Shown one piece after another: positions 58,814 to 64,000 of a stretch of DNA of 64,000 nucleotides. Each line of letters starts with the position of its first letter. Position 1 is the first letter of the stretch. The stretch is from an uncultured Monoglobus sp. (lineage in GTDB: Bacteria; Bacillota; Clostridia; Monoglobales; Monoglobaceae). The stretch spans positions 166,777 to 230,776 of the forward strand of contig CANRBF010000002.1 of assembly GCA_947628795.1 (NCBI GenBank), written 5' to 3'. The notes under the pieces were generated by a model. It saw only the letters and a program-made list of their open reading frames with translations. It had not been told where the DNA came from and made no database searches. The position numbers were made by a program, and so were the translations under genes.

Positions 58814-61651
58814 ATGACCTTGACAATGGTTCTTCCCGTTTTGTATAACGCCGTCGCGGCCGTGCTGTTTTATTTGGCGGAGGAAAAAACGCCTTTCGGC
58901 CGAATGAGCAGAAAGACAAGGCAGATCGCGATCGGCGTTGTTTTCGGATTGCTCGCGATTTTGTCAAGCACGAATATTATCGGCGTTGACATCGGCTCGG
59001 GAGTTATAATCAATGTGCGCGACGCGTCACCGATATGCGCGGCGCTGATCTTCGGCGGCCCTGCCGGAATAATCGCCGGACTCATCGCAGGTGTTTACCG
59101 ATTTACCGCGCCGTTTTTCGGCCTCGCGGGTACATACACACAGGTTGCCTGTTCGATATCGACAGTCGTTGCCAGCTTTTTTGCAGCGTGGCTCAGAAAG
59201 GTTATGTTTGACGACAAAAAGGCGACGTGGATATACGGCATAGGCGCCGCGGTTATCTGCGAAGTTTTTCACATGCTAATGATCTTTTTCACAAATATGA
59301 ACGATGCGGACACCGCTTTCACCTTCGTTCAGAACGCGACCCTGCCGATGGTCCTGTACAACGCGCTGGCAGTCGGATTTTCGATCATCGCGGTGACGCT
59401 TGTGAGCCGCGAGAGAGCCTTGATATCGCTTGGGAGCGGAGAAAACAGACGAATATCCAAGACGTTTCAAAAGTGGCTCTTTATTTTCGTTGTGATAGCT
59501 TATGTTCTGACAAGCTCTTTTACTTATATTCTTCAGAGCAAAATGTCGGACACCGAGACAGAGTCGGTCATAACAACTTCGATCAATGACGTAAAGAATG
59601 ACATAAGCGACGCGTCGGACGAAAATCTGCTCGAAAAAACACGGGTGATAGCGGACGCCTATATAGCCTCGTCCGACAAGAGCGCAGACTTCCTCGTGCG
59701 CCTGGCCGAAGCGAGCAACACGAAAGAAATTAATATCGTGGGCGCGGACGGCTTTATATCAAACAGCAGCGTTCCCGATTATATAGGCTTTGACATGCGC
59801 TCCGGAGAGCAATCAAACGAGTTTCTTGTTATCAACGAGGGCGGCGTAAATCAGTATGTTCAGCCGTATATGCCCCACACCCACAGCGACGGCGAGTACA
59901 GAAAATACGCGGGCGTCGCTCTGCCCGACGGAGGCTTTATCCAGGCGGGATATGACTACAAGCAGTTTAAATCAGATATCGACAGCTTTGTCGGCAAGAT
60001 CGCCAGGAACCGCCATATAGACAACAGCGGTTTTATCGTGATATGCGACAGCGCCTGGAACATTGTCACCACGGGAAGCGAGTACGAGGGCCGCAACCTT
60101 AAAGAGATGGGCATATGGGTAGACACCGACGCGTTTACGGAGCAGAGCGTGTTTGAAACAAAATTCGGCAACACCTCATATTTCTGCGAGTACGCCTTTG
60201 TTGAGGGATATTATATCTTCGGAGCCGTTCCGATATCCGAGGCGCAGTTTATGAGAAACGTGTCGGTATACCTCAGTTTGTTTATGGAAATACTCATTTT
60301 CGCGGTGCTGTTTATCCTGATCTACTTCCTGATAAAGAGCGTTATACTCAACAATATCAACAAAATCAACAGTGCTCTCTCAAGAATAACGGGCGGCGAT
60401 CTTGACGTCACGGTCGACGTGCGCACCAACCGCGAGTTCGCGTCTCTCTCGGACGATATTAACTCGACGGTCGATACGCTAAAGCGCTATATCAGCGAGG
60501 CCGAGGCGAGAATAGACAAAGAGCTGGAGTTTGCCAAGCAGATACAGTATTCGGCGATACCCACGGTATTCCCGCCGTTCCCGGCCCGCAAGGAGTTTGA
60601 CGTTTACGCGCAGATGTTCACTGCCAAAGAGGTCGGGGGCGACTTCTATGATTTCTATATGCTGAGCGATTCTTCGGTCGGCTTTGTGATAGCCGACGTT
60701 TCCGGCAAGGGTATCCCGGCGGCCATGTTCATGATGCGCGCTAAGTCCGTTATAAAAGACATGGCCGAGAGCGGCGTCGAGGTCGAGAGGATATTGACCG
60801 AGGCCAACGAGAAACTCTGCGAGAGCAACGACGCGGGCATGTTCGTGACCGCGTGGATAGGTATCCTTGATCTAAAGACCGGAATGCTCACATCCGCCAG
60901 CGCGGGCCACAACCCGCCGGTCATCTGCCGCGCGGACGGGACCTGCGAGGCGATAAAACAAAAGAGCGGCTTCGTGCTTGGCGGAATGGATGGCATAAAG
61001 TACCGCAAGCATGAAATGCAGCTGAAGCCCGGCGATCAAATATTTGTGTACACCGACGGCGTGACCGAGGCCAATGATGAAAACGAGGACTTCTACGGCG
61101 AGGAGCGCATGCTCAAGGTGGTCGGCTCAAACGCCGCGATGGGTCCCGAGGGCATTTGCCGCGCCGTAAAGTCGGACTTAGACATATTCGCGGGCGGAGC
61201 GCCGCAGTTTGACGATATAACAATGCTGTGCTTCACGCTCAACTATGTCAGCGGCGACAATTCGATCGAGTTTATTCCGGGCGAGAAATCCACCGACGCG
61301 GTTATAGACTTCACAAACAGGATCAAGTCAAAGCTCGACGTGGTGCCCAGGATCGGCAACCGCGTGAGCATCGCGATCGACGAGATTTACGCCAATATCC
61401 TAAACCACAGCAAGGCGACCATGGCCTCTATCACCTGGTCTATCGACGGCGGCAAGCTGTATCTTAAATTCGAGGACAACGGTATTCCGTATAATCCGCT
61501 CGAGGCGCCCGAGCCCGATATAACTCTTTCCGCGGAGGATAGGCAAATAGGAGGTCTCGGTATTCTGCTCGTCCGCAAAATGACCGAGTCGATGGAATAT
61601 GTCCGTGAGGACGACAAAAACATCCTGACATTAACAGTGGCGCTGCTGTAA
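58814..61651 (+). CDS. Membrane sensor fusion protein: 5TM-LytS-type N-terminal domain, extracytoplasmic domain, HAMP, PP2C/SpoIIE phosphatase domain and C-terminal RsbW-like GHKL anti-sigma-factor kinase domain
   Basis: PP2C region FYDFYMLSDSSVGFVIADVSGKGIPAAMFMM...; HAMP LNNINKINSALSRITGGDLDVTVDV; C-terminal IAIDEIYANILNH...IGGLGILLVRKMTESMEY. Confidence 0.7.
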   Translation: MTLTMVLPVLYNAVAAVLFYLAEEKTPFGRMSRKTRQIAIGVVFGLLAILSSTNIIGVDIGSGVIINVRDASPICAALIFGGPAGIIAGLIAGVYRFTAPFFGLAGTYTQVACSISTVVASFFAAWLRKVMFDDKKATWIYGIGAAVICEVFHMLMIFFTNMNDADTAFTFVQNATLPMVLYNALAVGFSIIAVTLVSRERALISLGSGENRRISKTFQKWLFIFVVIAYVLTSSFTYILQSKMSDTETESVITTSINDVKNDISDASDENLLEKTRVIADAYIASSDKSADFLVRLAEASNTKEINIVGADGFISNSSVPDYIGFDMRSGEQSNEFLVINEGGVNQYVQPYMPHTHSDGEYRKYAGVALPDGGFIQAGYDYKQFKSDIDSFVGKIARNRHIDNSGFIVICDSAWNIVTTGSEYEGRNLKEMGIWVDTDAFTEQSVFETKFGNTSYFCEYAFVEGYYIFGAVPISEAQFMRNVSVYLSLFMEILIFAVLFILIYFLIKSVILNNINKINSALSRITGGDLDVTVDVRTNREFASLSDDINSTVDTLKRYISEAEARIDKELEFAKQIQYSAIPTVFPPFPARKEFDVYAQMFTAKEVGGDFYDFYMLSDSSVGFVIADVSGKGIPAAMFMMRAKSVIKDMAESGVEVERILTEANEKLCESNDAGMFVTAWIGILDLKTGMLTSASAGHNPPVICRADGTCEAIKQKSGFVLGGMDGIKYRKHEMQLKPGDQIFVYTDGVTEANDENEDFYGEERMLKVVGSNAAMGPEGICRAVKSDLDIFAGGAPQFDDITMLCFTLNYVSGDNSIEFIPGEKSTDAVIDFTNRIKSKLDVVPRIGNRVSIAIDEIYANILNHSKATMASITWSIDGGKLYLKFEDNGIPYNPLEAPEPDITLSAEDRQIGGLGILLVRKMTESMEYVREDDKNILTLTVALL

Positions 61652-61683
61652 AAAAGCGCTTAAACAAAATTTGCAATATTAAT

Positions 61684-61714
61684 AGGGGCGCTGAATCGGC
61701 GCCCCTAAATTTTG
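61684..61714. terminator. Bidirectional terminator AGGGGCGC-tgaatcg-GCGCCCCT between convergent genes
   Basis: 8-bp perfect stem. Confidence 0.55.
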
Positions 61715-61723
61715 CCAAAACAT

Positions 61724-62077
61724 TTACGAATTTTGAATATCAAGTATCTCGTCAAATCCGGTGGCTTCAAACACCTCGTTTATCAGCTCGTTGGGATTGT
61801 ATATAACCATCTTGCCGTCCGAAGCGTTCATTTTTTTCTGCGCCGCAAGCAAAACTCTGAGACCCGCGCTCGATATGTAAACAAGATTTGTGAAATCAAA
61901 GTCGATCTCTTTTATTCCGTCCAGCTCGCTTATTGTGTTCTCAAGCTCGGGCGCGGTGTTTGTGTCCAGCCTTCCCTCAAGGGCGATCTTGGCGGTCGAA
62001 CCCTCTTTATTTAAATTAATGTTCATAGTAACACTCCTTAATTGTAATTTGTTTATCTTAATAATATTATAACACAC
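61724..62077 (-). CDS. STAS-domain anti-sigma-factor antagonist (SpoIIAA/RsbV-like)
   Basis: LEGRLDTNTAPELE...DFTNLVYISSAGLRVLL (the phosphorylatable Ser lies in the conserved ISSAGL context). Confidence 0.75.
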   Translation of the reverse strand: MCYNIIKINKLQLRSVTMNINLNKEGSTAKIALEGRLDTNTAPELENTISELDGIKEIDFDFTNLVYISSAGLRVLLAAQKKMNASDGKMVIYNPNELINEVFEATGFDEILDIQNS

Positions 62078-62105
62078 GTTAAAATAAAAATCAATATGAA
62101 AATTC

Positions 62106-63704
62106 TTATTTTATCACAACAGCGTGAGACAGATTATCAAGCCATGTGGTTCCGTTTGCGCGAAGCGTCGAAAGATCATTCAGTATAACGCTTCGCGGTC
62201 TGATAATTCCGCCCGACGGATCCGCGGGGCTGACAAGCGAGCTCACGTCGTTTACGGTGTAGTAAAGTCCGTTGTCTTTGCCGATATAAAGCATCTCATG
62301 CCCCGGGAAGATCAATATCGCCCCAGGCGGCAAAGTGTCAAGCAGCTCTTTCTTTTGCTGAACGGTCATGGCCGACATTTCGGTCACCTCGGCGGGTATC
62401 GCCGACTGCCATGTAGTGTTCCTCGGCAGTTCAAAGCCGAAGCATTTGTATACCTCTCGAACAAACGACGAGCAGTCCTGCGAGTTCATCATGCCTCCCC
62501 AGCCGTAACGGTTGCCGAGCGAGCGGAACGCCTGAGTGATAACGTTCGCCTCGGTGTAGGGCAGATATCCTATGCTGACGCCTCTGTTGGCGGGGATGGC
62601 GGCGAGCTTTTGATAAAAACTTCCGTCCTCGTTCCGCGCGGGCATTTTAACGACATAGTTGTTCCAAGGAAGCCTGTGCGCCACGGCGTCGGAACAGTCG
62701 GTGACAAGCTCAAGAGCCGTTCCCATGGTCAGCAGCTTTTCGTTTAGGTCCGCGTCGGCGCTCGGCTCAAGATAAACCTTCTGGTCGGTGATCACCAAAA
62801 CCCGAACGGGATCAATGGCGGCCTGCCACTCGGTTTTGTCGGCGCATACCGCTATATCCTCGGTCGGCGTCCAGCCAGAACAGCACGCGCTCTTAACAAG
62901 GCTAAACTTTCCGTCCGCGGTCGTGAAGTATATAACAAGCGGCTCGTTCACAAGTATCGCGCTTGAAACCAGGTTATCCCACTCGGGGTCGCTCGGGTCG
63001 TCCGAAAGATAGTCCTCGTAGGGATAGGCCTTCATGACCGTCCTGTTGACCGCGAAACCGTATTTAAGTTTCATGTTCTCGGAGACGGACGCGTTTTTGA
63101 TATTGTCGCGTATGGCCTGATAGTAGCTCTCGGGCACGGGCTCTCCGTTCAGATAAAGACCCGTCGGAGACTCAAAATCGGCGTTTAAGTCCGCCATATA
63201 CCGTCCATTGTATGTTTCGCTCTGCGCCGCAAGGTCGTTGGTGTTTGTGTCGGGCGTGTCGAGGATCTTTCGGTTGAGGGTATTGATCTCATTCTCGCTC
63301 ATGATGATCCTGTCGGCGTCGGCTCTTTTTGAGATCCAGTATGACGGAACGCACATTTCGCTTATAACGTTGGGCGCCTTGACGGTGCCGTCCTTTGTGT
63401 CGCCTTGAGTGTCGGCGCCGCTTAAATAATCCGATTCAAGCGGGACCTCGACGGGAGCCAGGTTTGTGTTCCAGCGGAACAGTCTGGCGGCCGCAGCGCT
63501 GCTCGGCGCGTAGGCGTCGAGCCTGCTTTTCATTTCATCGTCCCCCGCCGCGTCGCTTATTCCGACGGCGTCGACCAGGTTTCCGTCCTCTCCGTAGTAG
63601 GCGCAAAGATAAAACGTGTCGGTGTCCGCGTCTGCGTGCGCAGGGAGAGGCGCTATGATCGCCGCCGCGGCAAGCGCGGCTATAATTTTTTTCAGCTTCA
63701 TCAT
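62106..63704 (-). CDS. Secreted NlpC/P60-family peptidoglycan endopeptidase with a large N-terminal domain
   Basis: Signal peptide MMKLKKIIAALAAAAIIAPLPAHA; C-terminal YGWGG..DCSSFV...GHEMLYIG catalytic Cys/His. Confidence 0.7.
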   Translation of the reverse strand: MMKLKKIIAALAAAAIIAPLPAHADADTDTFYLCAYYGEDGNLVDAVGISDAAGDDEMKSRLDAYAPSSAAAARLFRWNTNLAPVEVPLESDYLSGADTQGDTKDGTVKAPNVISEMCVPSYWISKRADADRIIMSENEINTLNRKILDTPDTNTNDLAAQSETYNGRYMADLNADFESPTGLYLNGEPVPESYYQAIRDNIKNASVSENMKLKYGFAVNRTVMKAYPYEDYLSDDPSDPEWDNLVSSAILVNEPLVIYFTTADGKFSLVKSACCSGWTPTEDIAVCADKTEWQAAIDPVRVLVITDQKVYLEPSADADLNEKLLTMGTALELVTDCSDAVAHRLPWNNYVVKMPARNEDGSFYQKLAAIPANRGVSIGYLPYTEANVITQAFRSLGNRYGWGGMMNSQDCSSFVREVYKCFGFELPRNTTWQSAIPAEVTEMSAMTVQQKKELLDTLPPGAILIFPGHEMLYIGKDNGLYYTVNDVSSLVSPADPSGGIIRPRSVILNDLSTLRANGTTWLDNLSHAVVIK

Positions 63705-64000
63705 TACTTATTTATGAACTTTACCGCAGTGCCGCACGCCATAACTTCCGCCGCTCCCTGCATAACGGCGGCGGACGAGTATCTGACATTCACGATCGCG
63801 TCCGCCCCGAGACTCTCGGCCTCGGCGACCATGCGGCTCGTCGCGAGATCTCTCGCCTCGTTCATCATCTGCGTGTACGCTTTAAGCTCGCCTCCGACGA
63901 GCGTTTTAAAGCTCTGAGTAAGGTCCTTGCCGATGTTTTTTGACTGGATCGTGCTGCCTTTCACAAGGCCCAGCGTTTCCAGTTCCTTTCCGCTTACGTA
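63704..64000 (-). CDS. YbjQ/UPF0145 (DUF74) family protein; the 5' end runs past the window end
   Basis: GGELKAYTQMMNEARDLATSRMVAEAESLGADAIVNVRYSS; the reading frame stays open to position 64000. Confidence 0.6.
   Translation of the reverse strand, partial: YVSGKELETLGLVKGSTIQSKNIGKDLTQSFKTLVGGELKAYTQMMNEARDLATSRMVAEAESLGADAIVNVRYSSAAVMQGAAEVMACGTAVKFINK

Overview
This 64 kb window is a chromosomal segment from a high-GC (about 58%) Gram-positive anaerobe of Clostridia type. The taxonomic call rests on SLH-domain surface proteins, a SleC-like spore cortex lytic enzyme, the dprA-topA-trmFO and infC-rpmI-rplT and rpsF-ssb-rpsR clusters, and Firmicutes-style RBSs. Genes are densely packed: about 45 CDS, one tRNA-Ser(CGA), two riboswitches (cobalamin and glycine) and many rho-independent terminators.

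Housekeeping genes (metA, trmFO, topA, dprA, rplT, rpmI, infC, ung, rpsF, ssb, rpsR, pfkA) are interleaved with accessory material:
- two lower-GC blocks (1-3100 and about 7550-10260) carrying adhesin-like and BspA-type LRR genes;
- two convergent giant SLH-anchored surface proteins (1369 and 1786 aa), and a tandem pair of SLH-M13 metallopeptidases;
- a heterodimeric ABC exporter, and Na+ symporters (PutP-like and AgcS);
- a YdjG/YdjI-like zinc-ribbon plus SPFH pair;
- an AgrC-like GHKL histidine kinase and a LytTR regulator, whose divergent promoters with a PAP2 phosphatase carry two mirror-symmetric pairs of 10-bp direct repeats at 21-bp spacing (putative LytTR operators);
- a membrane 5TM-LytS/HAMP/PP2C/RsbW-like fusion protein with a convergent STAS antagonist (a partner-switching module).

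A previously unnoticed family of composite palindromic intergenic repeats recurs four times; it has 18-bp terminal inverted repeats (CTCGCCCCTTGGGGAGAG) plus accessory modules. Other oddities are a cobalamin riboswitch in front of a repeat-rich ORF with no signal peptide, infC with a probable AUA start, and a small gene broken by two homopolymer frameshifts that runs into a repeat copy.

CDS ends are far more reliable than the starts.
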